Shown: piece after piece, positions 19,181-29,547 of the stretch
Position numbering within the stretch: position 1 is the first letter of the stretch
How the letters are laid out: every line of letters starts with the position of its first letter
Notes under the pieces: model-generated
Seen by the model: the letters and a program-made list of their open reading frames with translations, nothing else
Database searches by the model: none
Told to the model about the DNA's origin: nothing
Made by a program: the position numbers and the translations under genes
Assembly (NCBI GenBank): GCA_001001045.1
Contig: LCIL01000002.1
Location: forward strand, 9,127-73,126
Length of the DNA stretch: 64,000 nucleotides
From: Candidatus Woesebacteria bacterium GW2011_GWA1_44_23
Lineage (GTDB): Bacteria > Patescibacteriota > Microgenomatia > UBA8517
Direction: 5' to 3'

Positions 19181-20230
19181 TTAACCAGTTAATTCAATTT
19201 TTTCCACTTTTTTCAAATTACCGATAAAGTGAGGGTCTGCTGTCGTAATAATAGTTTGCTGATTCTTTGTTAGTCCCATCACGATATCCCGGTGTTTGTG
19301 GTCAAGTTCCGAAAAAATATCGTCAAGAAGAAGAGTTGGTTTTTCCCCTGTTTTTTCTTCAATAAAGGCAAGCTCTGCCATTTTTAGCCACAAAATTCCC
19401 ATTCTCTGCTCCCCACGGCTTCCGTATGCCGCAAGGTCTCTATTTTCCAGTTTGAAAATAAAATCATCCCTATGAGGCCCCACTAAAGTTGTTGCGGCAG
19501 CTACTTCTTCCTCTTTGTACTGCTCCAGCCGTCCTTCGCTTATTACCGAACGGTCATAGGCAAGTTGAAAATCCTGGCTATTAACGCCATGCAGTTTATT
19601 TATAAATTCGATAAATTCTTCTCTCTTAACCGTAATATAGTCACCATTTTTAATAAGAAGCTGGTTCCAAAAAACAAGCTGGCTGCGGGAGACCCCTTCC
19701 TCGCGTATGCGGAAAAGAAGCCTATTTCTTTGCCTGACGCCTTTTTCATAAGAAAGGACGCTTCTTCTATATTCCCTATCAACCTGCGAGATAACAGTAT
19801 CCAAAAATTTTCTTCTGAGAGACGGTGATTCCGTAACAAGATCCATATCCCATGGGCCAAAAAGAACGGTTTTAAAGTTTCCCGAAAAATCAACCAACCG
19901 TTTTGGTAGTCCATTTACCAAAAGTTTCTTCCGCACCACTTTTTCGGGTCTTTGGGTTCCTATATCAATAAGCCCCCGTGTTACTACCGCCTCCAGGACG
20001 GTTCCCCCCGAAGATGTTCCCTTAACCCGTGCCAGATCCTTTTCGTAGTTAACCATCTCTTCCTCCACCCTGGCCTTAAAGCTTCTACCTGTCGAGAGAA
20101 GAAATACACTCTCCATTATGTTGGTTTTGCCCGATGCGTTGGGCCCCACTATAACAGTTATTTTTGGCGAAAATTCAAAAATATCTTTTATAAAATTCCT
20201 AAAACCCAGAACTTTGATTGATTTGATCAC
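19181..20230 (-). CDS. recF: DNA replication and repair protein RecF
   Basis: Walker A GPNASGKTN; SMC-like signature region; 349 aa. Confidence 0.85.
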   Translation of the reverse strand: MIKSIKVLGFRNFIKDIFEFSPKITVIVGPNASGKTNIMESVFLLSTGRSFKARVEEEMVNYEKDLARVKGTSSGGTVLEAVVTRGLIDIGTQRPEKVVRKKLLVNGLPKRLVDFSGNFKTVLFGPWDMDLVTESPSLRRKFLDTVISQVDREYRRSVLSYEKGVRQRNRLLFRIREEGVSRSQLVFWNQLLIKNGDYITVKREEFIEFINKLHGVNSQDFQLAYDRSVISEGRLEQYKEEEVAAATTLVGPHRDDFIFKLENRDLAAYGSRGEQRMGILWLKMAELAFIEEKTGEKPTLLLDDIFSELDHKHRDIVMGLTKNQQTIITTADPHFIGNLKKVEKIELTG

Positions 20231-20254
20231 GTATGACTTTGAATTAAATACAAT

Positions 20255-21646
20255 TTATCTACCTTTTTCAATATTGACGTCCTGGTATTCTATTTTTGGG
20301 GCTTTCAACCAAAGAGATTTTAGCTTTTCCCAGTAAATTTTTTTGTCTGCATGTAAGCCTTCGGAAAAAACGACAACCTCACAATCAAGCTTTTCAACAA
20401 AATGCTGGTAGCGTGCCCAGGGAATAATTGTGTCATCTTTAAAGAAGATTATTTTTTTCGGGACTTTTACCTTTTTGAATCTAACCAAAATCGATTCACC
20501 TATCAAATTCACTGCTGTGCCGAAAACTGAAAAATAGTAGCTTTTCATCCTGTCTATGGTAAAGGAGGATATATGAGGTAGTTTTAAAATCTTTCTGATG
20601 ATCTTAGTTGTATTGAATCTCGAATAGATAAAAAGTGCCGGCCTAAGCAAGAAAAACGGAGTAAGAATTTTGTAAATCCTGCGGTTGATCTTCGACAAAA
20701 TGAATCTCGGTACGGAGTTTAGAAGTATAAGTTCTTTCAACTTACCGGGGTTATTATAAGCGTAATTAACGGCAACAAGTCCGCATGAGGAAAAACCCAC
20801 GATTGTAAAGTTGTCCAATCCCAATTCTTTAACAAAGCTTTCAACAAAATCCGTGAGCGTGGTAAGGTCGTAGATTTTTTCCGGGTCATGAATCATCGGA
20901 AAATCTAGCGCAATTACACGGTAGTTCTTGGACAAACTTCTGCCCAACTTTTGATACATCAGTCCGCTATCGGCATAGCCGGGCAAAAAAAGAAGTGTTT
21001 TTAGATTCCCCGCACCGTATTCATAGTAATGGAACTGTTCTTTCAGCTTCATTGAAGGGTTTTCAAAGAAAGTTTTTGCCAAAATCGGGAAGTTCAGAAA
21101 TGCACCAAGGTTATTTACTCCGTATCTTATTAACGCATTTATAAAACTCTTTCTGATCCCTCTGAAAAAGCCATGATTCCCCGTCATTAAGAAATAATTT
21201 ATCCTGGTTTTGTCAAAAAAATCCAGGGTGTCCGCGTCCTGAAGGATTTTGGCATAAAGGCTGTGTCCTTTATTCAACTTCTTAAAAGGAAAGCTGTGCG
21301 CATGTCTGAAAACCGCATCTACCATAGTTTCTTTCGTCTCGTCCGAAATATCAAATTTTTTCAAAGCCGTGCGAATCATCCGCCGTTCGATTCTGCCTTC
21401 AAAAATATATGTGTAGATATTCGGCTTTCTCACGCTGTAGGTAATATCGTGAAGAAGGCAGATTGCGGCAAGCAGGTTTTTATCAATCCTTTCTTCAACA
21501 CTCAAAAGCTTTGCGATTTTCAGGGCATTATCTTTAACACGGATAATATGATAGTCATTATGACTGACAGATTTGAGGTCAGACATTCTGGAAAGCGCGA
21601 ATGCCTCAATGGTCTTATAAGTTTGCTCGTTTAGTCCGATATCCAT
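20255..21646 (-). CDS. Fusion protein: N-terminal HD phosphohydrolase domain plus C-terminal alpha/beta-hydrolase
   Basis: H...HD (SHNDYH...LLHDI) in the first 120 aa; GxSxG nucleophile elbow GFSSCG with an alpha/beta-hydrolase profile in the C-terminal half. Confidence 0.7.
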   Translation of the reverse strand: MDIGLNEQTYKTIEAFALSRMSDLKSVSHNDYHIIRVKDNALKIAKLLSVEERIDKNLLAAICLLHDITYSVRKPNIYTYIFEGRIERRMIRTALKKFDISDETKETMVDAVFRHAHSFPFKKLNKGHSLYAKILQDADTLDFFDKTRINYFLMTGNHGFFRGIRKSFINALIRYGVNNLGAFLNFPILAKTFFENPSMKLKEQFHYYEYGAGNLKTLLFLPGYADSGLMYQKLGRSLSKNYRVIALDFPMIHDPEKIYDLTTLTDFVESFVKELGLDNFTIVGFSSCGLVAVNYAYNNPGKLKELILLNSVPRFILSKINRRIYKILTPFFLLRPALFIYSRFNTTKIIRKILKLPHISSFTIDRMKSYYFSVFGTAVNLIGESILVRFKKVKVPKKIIFFKDDTIIPWARYQHFVEKLDCEVVVFSEGLHADKKIYWEKLKSLWLKAPKIEYQDVNIEKGR

Positions 21647-21658
21647 TAGTCCATTATG

Positions 21659-22528
21659 TCACTTTTGACATTTGGGGCAGAAGTATGTCCCGCGCCCCCC
21701 CAAGAAAAACTTTTTGATTATGGCTTTGTGGCATCTTTCGCACGGCTCCCCCTGCCGACCATAAGCTAAAGTATGTTTTTGATATTTTCCTTCGGTGCCG
21801 TCAGGTGTTACAAAAGCCAGCTCAGACGCGCCCCCATACTTTATCCCCTCTTTAAGAACGGAGACTATCGCTTCATATAGATCCTTAACAGATTTTTGAT
21901 TCAGTTCTTTCGCGGGAGTTTTGGGATTTATTTTGGCAAGCCAGAGCGCATCATTGGCATAAATATTCCCCACTCCCCCAATTCTCTCCTGATCAATAAG
22001 AACCAATTTGATTGGACGCCCTGACTTGGAAAGTATTTGCTTGAACAGATTCAAAGTTAAAAATTTTCCTGTAAATTTTTTTACGACTGGTGGTTCAGGA
22101 CCAAGCTTTTTGATGAATGGTTCATTCTCGACGTCCTCGGTTTTTTCAACACGAATCCAGCCGAAACGCCGAATGTCGTTGTAATAAAGTTTTCCATCGT
22201 GATCCAGATGGAAAATAACCATCGTGTGTCGACCGGGAACCCCCCCGATTACTTTCGAGGACAGGGGTTTAGGATTTAAAAGATGGGGACCTGTATAAAT
22301 ATACTGCCCGGTGAGTTTGACATGTGTAAGTATCGAATAGCCGTTATCAAGATCGATTACCGAGACTTTTCCAAACCGTCTGGTCTCTGCTATTTTTCCG
22401 CCAATAATCTTACCTTCGTCTCCCTGAAAAGTTTTTCGGTTTTTGACTTCAACCGAAACAATTTGATGTCCCTTCAGGAATTTTCCTAATTGTAATTTTA
22501 TCGCTTCAACTTCGGGTAGTTCAGGCAT
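21659..22528 (-). CDS. mutM: Formamidopyrimidine-DNA glycosylase
   Basis: MPELPEVE catalytic N-terminus; C-terminal zinc finger CERCH...CPKC. Confidence 0.85.
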   Translation of the reverse strand: MPELPEVEAIKLQLGKFLKGHQIVSVEVKNRKTFQGDEGKIIGGKIAETRRFGKVSVIDLDNGYSILTHVKLTGQYIYTGPHLLNPKPLSSKVIGGVPGRHTMVIFHLDHDGKLYYNDIRRFGWIRVEKTEDVENEPFIKKLGPEPPVVKKFTGKFLTLNLFKQILSKSGRPIKLVLIDQERIGGVGNIYANDALWLAKINPKTPAKELNQKSVKDLYEAIVSVLKEGIKYGGASELAFVTPDGTEGKYQKHTLAYGRQGEPCERCHKAIIKKFFLGGRGTYFCPKCQK

Positions 22529-23630
22529 GTTTATTGATAAACGCAGTCATCTTCTTAATAAATATTTCCTTTGAAAATCTACGGGCGTTTTCTATTAGTG
22601 CCTCTTTTCTCCATTTAATTCTTTCGATTTTTTTGATCGCTTCCCCGAGTGAGCTTTCTGATATTTCGTCAACAAGTACACCCGTTACGCCTTCAGTAAC
22701 AGACTCTCTAAATCCCCCACCGTTAAAGGCAATGACTGGGGTTCCGGCGGCTTGTGACTCAACTACGGTCATTCCAAAATCTTCATCTTTGGCTAGTGCA
22801 ATTAATCCTTTTGCTCTCCCTAATACTTTATAGAGTTCTGGGTCTTCAAGCCTTCCCAAAAGTTTAATATTTCCACCCGAAAGTTTTCGCAATTTGCTCT
22901 CAACATCGGAAAACCCATGTGACTCCCCGACAATTCGGAGTTCGAATTTCATCTTCTTGGCAAGTTTTGAGACTTCCTCCAAACCCTTGGCACCCACCAG
23001 CCTGGAAACCATAACAAAATAATTATTTTTTTTAAGATTTGCTGTAATATTTTCAATTTCTTTTACCTCAATCGGTGGGTAAATTACGGTTGAATCTCTT
23101 CTGTAAAATTTTTCAATCCTCGCCTGAATATTTTTAGAGTTTGCTATGAAGTAATTTACTTTTTGAGCGGTTTCAAAATCATACATTCTCATAAAATGCC
23201 CGACAATCGCCGAATATATTTTTACCGGCCAGTATTTTGTAAAACCAACGGACATTTCATACCCATAAAGCCACCTCGGAGGCGTGTGGCAATAATCAAC
23301 CACTTTGGTTTTTGGCCCAACCTTAAAACCCCTGGTTATATACCAGCTCGACGAAACTATAACCAGGTCGTATGAAGATAAATCGAAGCTGCCCCAAATT
23401 GCAGGGATCAAGAACCTCAAAGGCGAATAAAGATTGCCGATTTTAAGAATCGGCGCAAACTTGCTCTCAATTATTTTTTTATTTTTAAATTGTTTATCAG
23501 CAGTAGATCCTTTAACTTTGAACGCGGTATAAATAGGAGCATCGGGAAACATCTCCGAGAGAGTTAAAAGGACTCTCTCTGCTCCCCCAAATTCCTTAAA
23601 GTAATCGTGTACTAACGCAATTTTTACCAT
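22521..23630 (-). CDS. Glycosyltransferase family 4 (GT-B fold)
   Basis: EDFGMTVVESQAAGTPVIAF E-x7-E motif. Confidence 0.8.
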   Translation of the reverse strand: MVKIALVHDYFKEFGGAERVLLTLSEMFPDAPIYTAFKVKGSTADKQFKNKKIIESKFAPILKIGNLYSPLRFLIPAIWGSFDLSSYDLVIVSSSWYITRGFKVGPKTKVVDYCHTPPRWLYGYEMSVGFTKYWPVKIYSAIVGHFMRMYDFETAQKVNYFIANSKNIQARIEKFYRRDSTVIYPPIEVKEIENITANLKKNNYFVMVSRLVGAKGLEEVSKLAKKMKFELRIVGESHGFSDVESKLRKLSGGNIKLLGRLEDPELYKVLGRAKGLIALAKDEDFGMTVVESQAAGTPVIAFNGGGFRESVTEGVTGVLVDEISESSLGEAIKKIERIKWRKEALIENARRFSKEIFIKKMTAFINKHA

Positions 23631-24548
23631 TTAAAAAAGTGTCGTCTGTTTACGTCCTTCAATTTCTTTGCCAACCTTTTGAATTCTTTCGGTTAGAGTC
23701 TTAAAACCGAATTCCTGGAAAAGTTTAATAACGTCAGGATTGTCAATTTTCCAGTTTTCCATGTCTTTGTAATTAACTTCTAAAGGGACATCTCTCACGA
23801 TAGTAGCCAACCTATGAAATAGTTTTGCATCATCTTTCTTGGCCACCAATTTTTGCCGTATATTTGGCTCTATATCGGTTAAATGAGCATAAATATGATC
23901 AATACTGTCATACTTTTCTAAAAGCTTCTCTGCCGTTACCGGACCGATTCCCGCAACTCCGGGGTAGTTATCGGACGGGTCGCCGACCAATGCTTTATAA
24001 TCCGGAATTTTATCGGCAGGAACACCCATCCGTTCCTTCGCCTCTTTCTCACCATAAAGCTTAGCATTGGTAAGTCCGGCAACCGGCATATATAGTTTAA
24101 TGTTCTTTTTGTCATCAACCAGTTGCAAAATGTCTCTGTCACCCGTTATTATGATTACCTCTTTTAATCCTCGCCCTTTACCCTCTACCACATGGTCGGC
24201 AATCGTGCCGATTACATCATCGGCCTCAAACCCAGGCATTGAGTAAATTGGAACATAAACGGCTTTAAAAAAATCTCTGGCTTTTTCAAACTGGGAAGAA
24301 AGTTCGTCTGCGGTGGGAGGCCTTTGAGATTGATATTTTCCGAACTCCTTATGACGGAAGGTCGGCTCCTTTTCATCAAAGGCAACGGCAATCGAATCAG
24401 GTACCAGATCCTGGATTGCCCTAAGAAACATTGATACAAGCCCATAAACGGCATTTATCGGCTCTCCGCTTTTTGTAGTAAGCGGCGGCATTGCATGGAA
24501 AGCTCTGTGAAGAATCGCGTTTCCGTCAATTAGGACTAGTTTTCCCAC
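23631..24548 (-). CDS. 5'-3' exonuclease (stand-alone Pol I N-terminal / FEN-like domain)
   Basis: LVLIDGNAILHRAFHA start; H3TH region; 305 aa. Confidence 0.85.
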   Translation of the reverse strand: MGKLVLIDGNAILHRAFHAMPPLTTKSGEPINAVYGLVSMFLRAIQDLVPDSIAVAFDEKEPTFRHKEFGKYQSQRPPTADELSSQFEKARDFFKAVYVPIYSMPGFEADDVIGTIADHVVEGKGRGLKEVIIITGDRDILQLVDDKKNIKLYMPVAGLTNAKLYGEKEAKERMGVPADKIPDYKALVGDPSDNYPGVAGIGPVTAEKLLEKYDSIDHIYAHLTDIEPNIRQKLVAKKDDAKLFHRLATIVRDVPLEVNYKDMENWKIDNPDVIKLFQEFGFKTLTERIQKVGKEIEGRKQTTLF

Positions 24549-24695
24549 AAGTGTATTGTACCAGAAGTATTAATTACGGAGAGTTCAGACTTCCCTATAC
24601 ACTTTGGCTATTTCGGACGACACCCCAAAGTCCGAGGTGATGAAATCTGATCGAAGAAGCGCTAATACTACCCAATCTCTCCACCATAAAGCGGA

Positions 24696-26579
24696 TTATA
24701 CAACTTTTTTAACACCTACAATCTTTTCAAAATCGTCGCGGTCGAGTGTTTCCTTTTCAAGTAGGGCGTTACTGATCTTGTCCAATAATTTTCTTTTCTC
24801 TTTTACAAGTTTTACTGCGGCCTTGTAGCCGGAATCTAGCAAGCTTTTAGTTTCAGCATCAATTTTCTCCATGAAAACGGGTGAATTTTGAGCCTGCTCA
24901 TACCATTCCATCTGGCCAAAATCCCCCAGACCCATATCGGGCCCCAGGTTAATCGGTCCCAGATCACTCATCCCGAATTCGACAACCATGGCCCTGGCAA
25001 TTTTTGTGGCTTGGGCAATGTCATTAGCGGCACCACTGGTCATTTCATTAAAAACTACCTCCTCAGCGGCACGCCCGCCAAGCATCGCTACGATCTGTTC
25101 TAATAGGCGCGATTTGGTCTCATGGGTTCTATCCCCTGCAGGAGGAATTAAAGTGTGCCCCAAACTCATTCCCCGGGCGACGATTGAAATCCTATGAACC
25201 GGGTCCATCCTCTTAAGAAAGTGTGTGACGATCGCATGTCCTGCTTCGTGGTAGGCGGTGAGTTTTTTATCCTCATCGCTTTGGAGTCTCTTTTTGGCAG
25301 GACCCAGTTTGACTTTGGTAGCACTTTCCTCCAGGTCCGCCATCGAAATTTGGCTATTATTGTCTCTCGCAGCACCGATCGCAGCTTCATTAAGCATGTT
25401 TTCAAGATCGGCACCTGAGAAACCTACCGTTCTGTCGGCAATCTTGCTCCAATCTACTCCCTTCGCAAATTTCTTACCACGGGCATGGATGTAAAGGATA
25501 GCCAGCCTTCCTTCTTTATCCGGCATGTCAAGAATAATCCTTCTGTCGAATCTTCCCGGTCTAAGAAGGGCCGGATCAAGGAGATCCCCCCTATTTGTAG
25601 CGGCGATAACAATTACGTTGTCATTTGGGGTAAAGCCGTCCATTTCAACCAAAATTTGATTCAGTGTCTGCTCTCTTTCATCATGCCCCCCCATAAGACC
25701 CTTCCCCCTTTGGCGTCCGATTGCGTCAATTTCATCAATAAAAATAATTGAAGGGGCGGAAGCTTTGGCTTGAGCGAAAAGATCACGGGCACGGGATGCC
25801 CCAACTCCAACCAACATTTCCATGAATTCGCTTCCCGCCATGGAGAAAAACGGCACCCCAGCTTCCCCCGCAACGGCTTTTGCCAAAAGAGTTTTACCTA
25901 CCCCGGATGGGCCCACAAGAAGTGCTCCTTTGGGAGTCCTGGCTCCTATTTTTCTGTATTTTGCCGGGTTTTTCAGAAAATCCACAAGTTCCTCAAGTTC
26001 TTTTTTAGCCTCATCTACCCCGGCAACATCAGCAAAAGTAATATTTTGTCTTCCTTTGGCAAACACTTTGGCTCTACTTCTTCCGAAGGAAAAAATATCT
26101 TGCGCCCCTTTATTCTGAGCTTTCAGGATGAAGTAGAAGAAACCCACCATTAGAAGTATCGGCAAAACTATACCCAAAACGTTCCCCATAACTTTCGAGA
26201 GTGACTGGTCCACAACCTCATAATTTACACCGGCGGGATCAATTCCTGAGTTTTTCAGAACCTCTGAAAAGCTTTCACCATCCTCCTTGGTTGAAAGCTT
26301 TATGCCGCCATCTTTGTAAGTCACGATAAGTTTTGTGCTATCTACCGTTACTTTATCCACCTTACCGGCTTTGATGTCGGTCAGGATTTGGGAAATATTT
26401 TCATTATTGGAGGTGCCAATGGTTTGAAAAGCCGCAATGATGCCTGGAATTACGAAAAATATAACTAAAAATGTAAGAGCGACCGTCCAAAGGTTGACTT
26501 TCAGTTTAAACTGGAACTGTTTCTTTCCTTTGGCATTTTTTTTACCTGAGTTTTGATTAAATATCTTTCTTGGATCCAT
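24696..26579 (-). CDS. ftsH: ATP-dependent zinc metalloprotease FtsH
   Basis: AAA Walker A GPSGVGKT; SRH; HEAGHA zinc motif; N-terminal TM. Confidence 0.95.
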   Translation of the reverse strand: MDPRKIFNQNSGKKNAKGKKQFQFKLKVNLWTVALTFLVIFFVIPGIIAAFQTIGTSNNENISQILTDIKAGKVDKVTVDSTKLIVTYKDGGIKLSTKEDGESFSEVLKNSGIDPAGVNYEVVDQSLSKVMGNVLGIVLPILLMVGFFYFILKAQNKGAQDIFSFGRSRAKVFAKGRQNITFADVAGVDEAKKELEELVDFLKNPAKYRKIGARTPKGALLVGPSGVGKTLLAKAVAGEAGVPFFSMAGSEFMEMLVGVGASRARDLFAQAKASAPSIIFIDEIDAIGRQRGKGLMGGHDEREQTLNQILVEMDGFTPNDNVIVIAATNRGDLLDPALLRPGRFDRRIILDMPDKEGRLAILYIHARGKKFAKGVDWSKIADRTVGFSGADLENMLNEAAIGAARDNNSQISMADLEESATKVKLGPAKKRLQSDEDKKLTAYHEAGHAIVTHFLKRMDPVHRISIVARGMSLGHTLIPPAGDRTHETKSRLLEQIVAMLGGRAAEEVVFNEMTSGAANDIAQATKIARAMVVEFGMSDLGPINLGPDMGLGDFGQMEWYEQAQNSPVFMEKIDAETKSLLDSGYKAAVKLVKEKRKLLDKISNALLEKETLDRDDFEKIVGVKKVV

Positions 26580-26600
26580 AAGAACGTCAATTTTACACCA

Positions 26601-26951
26601 TTACCTCACTTTTGTCCCATTGGGAACTTTTTTTTGAAGCTTAAAAAGAACCGTGGGAGTTTCTTCATCTTCCTTGGGAACCGCCATGATCATCATTGCC
26701 TCCGACAGTTCACGCTCGGGACCGATTTTTTTAGGTTCGAGGTTTACCACAAACGGGAACTGTTTCCCTTCAAGATCATCCGGCTTAAAAAACTTCATTA
26801 TTCCGGAAAATGCCTTCTTTTTACCGATCTCCGGCCCCAAATCAACTTCCAATCTTATGACCCAGTGACTCCATTCCGGAACGTCGGCCTTAGTAACCGT
26901 GCCTATTCTAATGTCAACTTTCGAAAAATCGTCGAACGGAATAGTGTCCAT
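26601..26951 (-). CDS. tRNA-binding domain protein (CsaA/Trbp111/EMAP-like OB fold)
   Basis: DIRIGTV...VDLG pattern of the MetRS-C / CsaA tRNA-binding domain. Confidence 0.65.
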   Translation of the reverse strand: MDTIPFDDFSKVDIRIGTVTKADVPEWSHWVIRLEVDLGPEIGKKKAFSGIMKFFKPDDLEGKQFPFVVNLEPKKIGPERELSEAMMIMAVPKEDEETPTVLFKLQKKVPNGTKVR

Positions 26952-26953
26952 TT

Positions 26954-27940
26954 TTAAATAAATCCCATTTCCTCTTTTACCTCTTTAATGGTCTGTTTGG
27001 CAATTTGACTTGCTTTTTCTGCCCCTTCCTTAATTATTTTATCAACCAAAACGGGGTTATTCTTGTATTTTTCCCTTTGTTCCTGAATCGGCTTAAGCTC
27101 ATTGTAGATTGCCTCGGCCAAATCGGATTTAAGTTCATCATATCTGACCCCCGCGCCTAAATATTCCGACTCGAAAGTTTTTCTTTTATCGGAACCTTCG
27201 AAAAGTTCAACCAACTGCAAAAGATTAGCTACTCCTCCTTTTTCGGGAACTTTATCGCCTTTGCCAGAATCTGTCGGAGCGCCTGAAAGCTTCTTTTTTA
27301 TCATTTCCAAACTGTCGGTAAGGTTGATAAAACTCCCCTCCACGGTTTTACTCATTTTCCCCTCCCCCGTCAGGGAAGGCACATATTCACCCTTTGTTGC
27401 AAATCTTTTTGGTTCCGGAAAATCGGTGCCGTACTTTTGATTCATTTTTCTGGCGATTTCGCGTGCAACCTCCAGATGCGGCTCCTGATCAACCCCCACA
27501 GGAACAAGACTTGCTTTATAAAGGAGAATATCAGCTGCCATGAGAACCGGATAATTAAGAAGTGCCATGGTTACGTTATCGGGATGTTGAGCCACTTTTT
27601 CTTTGAAAGTCGGTAGATGCTGCATCCTGGCAACTGATATTTCAGCGGAAAGGATGTGAGCCAAGTATGTGTGTTCGGGGACAAGAGACTGGACCGTAAT
27701 AATGGATTTTTCCGGATCGAGCCCGCAGGCCAGATAATCCAAAACCACGTTTCTAGTATTCTCAGCCAATTTATCCTTATCAAATGGGGTCGTTATGGCA
27801 TGCAAATCCATAACCATGTAAATGGTTTCGTACCCGGGATCGTTGGAAAGTTCCAAATAACCCTTGACTGCACCCAAATAGTTGCCCAGGTGGAGCCCGC
27901 CTGTGGCTCTGGTGCCGGAAAATACTCGTTTTCTTGTCAT
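26954..27940 (-). CDS. trpS: Tryptophan--tRNA ligase
   Basis: HIGH-type motif TGGLHLGN; KMSKT motif. Confidence 0.9.
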   Translation of the reverse strand: MTRKRVFSGTRATGGLHLGNYLGAVKGYLELSNDPGYETIYMVMDLHAITTPFDKDKLAENTRNVVLDYLACGLDPEKSIITVQSLVPEHTYLAHILSAEISVARMQHLPTFKEKVAQHPDNVTMALLNYPVLMAADILLYKASLVPVGVDQEPHLEVAREIARKMNQKYGTDFPEPKRFATKGEYVPSLTGEGKMSKTVEGSFINLTDSLEMIKKKLSGAPTDSGKGDKVPEKGGVANLLQLVELFEGSDKRKTFESEYLGAGVRYDELKSDLAEAIYNELKPIQEQREKYKNNPVLVDKIIKEGAEKASQIAKQTIKEVKEEMGFI

Positions 27941-27953
27941 ATCTGTATTCTAA

Positions 27954-27978
27954 CAAAAAATCCGCCAAAAAGGCGGAT
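27954..27978 (-). terminator. Intrinsic terminator downstream of tRNA-Met
   Basis: Minus-strand hairpin ATCCGCC-TTTTT-GGCGGAT followed by TTTTT(G)TT. Confidence 0.5.
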
Positions 27979-27981
27979 CTG

Positions 27982-28054
27982 TGCCGGCGACAGGGATCGA
28001 ACCTGTGACCTAACGCTTATGAAACGTTCGCTACTACCACTGAGCTACGCCGGC
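27982..28054 (-). tRNA. tRNA-Met (anticodon CAT)
   Basis: Manual cloverleaf: 7-bp acceptor GCCGGCG, U8, GG in D-loop, anticodon loop TTCATAA, TTCGATC T-loop. Confidence 0.8.
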
Positions 28055-28078
28055 TCCTCGAAATAGCTCCAAACCGTG

Positions 28079-28148
28079 TTGCGGGGCTGGGAGTTGAACC
28101 CAGCCTGCGAGATTATGAGCCTCACGTGCAGCCGTACACTACCCCGCA
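28079..28148 (-). tRNA. tRNA with CAT anticodon (Met, or Ile2 if lysidinylated); U1-A72 first pair
   Basis: Manual fold: acceptor TGCGGGG/CCCCGCA, U8A9, 4-bp D stem, anticodon loop CTCATAA, T-loop TTCAACT, discriminator A. Confidence 0.65.
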
Positions 28149-28170
28149 TATAGATGAACGACTGATTATA

Positions 28171-28554
28171 TCATATAAACAGCTTCAGCCACTTCCTCCA
28201 ATTGGGATCCGGAAGCGAGTTTTGTTCAACCGTCGTCTGGGGAGCAAGCTTTCTGAGTATTTCAACGTCCGGTAAAACCACAATCGCTTCACCCTCTTTG
28301 GCAAGACCAAGTTTATCCCGAATCTGTTTCTCGATGAAAGCCGATCCTTGAGTCTGGGCGATTTGCGCTTCAAGTGCGGCGTTTTCGTCCTTCATTTTTT
28401 CCACCTTCTGTTTTTCCTCCTGCACGGCGCTATTGATACCCCTCACTCTTCCTATATTCCTAACGGTTGAGACGAGCAAAAGAAGCGCCAATACCCAAGT
28501 AGCGATCCCCAGCAGGGTTTTAGCCTTAATTTTGACATATTCTATAATTTTCAT
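28171..28554 (-). CDS. ftsB: Septum formation initiator (FtsB/DivIC family)
   Basis: N-terminal TM, coiled coil, C-terminal EKQIRDKLGLAKEGE motif. Confidence 0.65.
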   Translation of the reverse strand: MKIIEYVKIKAKTLLGIATWVLALLLLVSTVRNIGRVRGINSAVQEEKQKVEKMKDENAALEAQIAQTQGSAFIEKQIRDKLGLAKEGEAIVVLPDVEILRKLAPQTTVEQNSLPDPNWRKWLKLFI

Positions 28555-28573
28555 TTTATCATCCTGTAATACG

Positions 28574-28601
28574 TTGACATCTTCCTAATTTCGGCTATAA
28601 T
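28574..28601 (+). promoter_or_regulatory. Consensus sigma70-like promoter TTGACA-16-TATAAT upstream of the recombinase gene
   Basis: TTGACA at 28574-28579; TATAAT at 28596-28601. Confidence 0.5.
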
Positions 28602-28645
28602 TGCATGGCAATTGGGTAGATTATCCTGCATCAAATCATATTATT

Positions 28646-29509
28646 ATGACACAAGAGCCGATCAAAAACCTGTTCCCCAAGTTCATCGAATCCCTTAAGG
28701 CAAAGGGGCGTTCTCCTGCTACCGTTCTCGCCTATAGAAGCGACCTAGAACAGCTCGTGGAGTTCCTGATTAAAAGGCAGAGAGTTCTTCCGGAGCAGGT
28801 TCGTCCTGATGACCTTGATTCCTTCCGCGACACTCTGCTGGCCGACAAATACACCCCAAAGTCGGTAAGTAGAAAGCTAAACGCCGTTAAAACATTCTTT
28901 AGGTGGATGATTGCTGAAAATATCATTACTTCCGACGTTTCAGCCTCAGTTGCCCACCCTAAAATTGAAAATACCCTTCCCAAGTTCCTTTCTCAGATGG
29001 AATATAGAGCCCTGAGAGATGTAGTCAGAAGTGATATCAGAATCGCCGCAATAATCGAGCTTATCCTACAAACCGGGCTTAGGATTTCTGAAGTTGCCGG
29101 TCTTAAAACTGCTAATGTGAGTAAGGATTCCTTAAAAATTGAAGCCTATGCCACTCAGCCGGAGAGGAATGTTCCTCTCAATAAACCGGCCGCGGACGTT
29201 TTAGCCTCATATATGACAATCAGGCCTAAAGCCGACTCCCCTTATGTATTTATCAGTAAAAACGGCAAGCCCTTGGCAGTCAGAAATATCAGGGCTTCTA
29301 TCGCAAGATATATCCAAAAAGCGGAACTTCCCAACTATTCGGTAAACGATCTTAGGACCACATTCATTGTTGAAAATTTGAAAGCCGAAGTTGATATTGT
29401 TCTTCTTTCCCAGGTGTCGGGCCACAAGCGCCTCTCTACAACCGAAAGGTACTTAGAGCTTGCCCAAATAACCGAGCCCGGCAAAAAGCAGACCCTCATA
29501 GAGTTGTAA
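28646..29509 (+). CDS. Tyrosine recombinase (XerC/XerD / phage integrase family)
   Basis: N-terminal core-binding domain; catalytic GLRISE (R), DLRTTF (HxxR with N in place of the first H), GH...STTERY (Tyr). ATG start chosen at 28646 (ORF track TTG at 28601 would fall inside the promoter). Confidence 0.8.
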   Translation: MTQEPIKNLFPKFIESLKAKGRSPATVLAYRSDLEQLVEFLIKRQRVLPEQVRPDDLDSFRDTLLADKYTPKSVSRKLNAVKTFFRWMIAENIITSDVSASVAHPKIENTLPKFLSQMEYRALRDVVRSDIRIAAIIELILQTGLRISEVAGLKTANVSKDSLKIEAYATQPERNVPLNKPAADVLASYMTIRPKADSPYVFISKNGKPLAVRNIRASIARYIQKAELPNYSVNDLRTTFIVENLKAEVDIVLLSQVSGHKRLSTTERYLELAQITEPGKKQTLIEL

Positions 29510-29519
29510 AAAGCTTCTT

Positions 29520-29528
29520 TGCTATAAT
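29520..29528 (+). promoter_or_regulatory. Extended -10 element TGcTATAAT upstream of tRNA-Ile
   Basis: TGCTATAAT ends 19 nt before the tRNA 5' end. Confidence 0.35.
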
Positions 29529-29547
29529 ACGTCGTAGCTAACTGATT

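Noticed and set aside
24549-24695. 147-bp intergenic region between the 5'-3' exonuclease and ftsH as a possible small RNA (SRP/4.5S-like)
   Set aside because: No match to conserved SRP RNA domain IV or tmRNA motifs and no convincing stable stem-loops. It is probably just the ftsH terminator and exonuclease promoter region.
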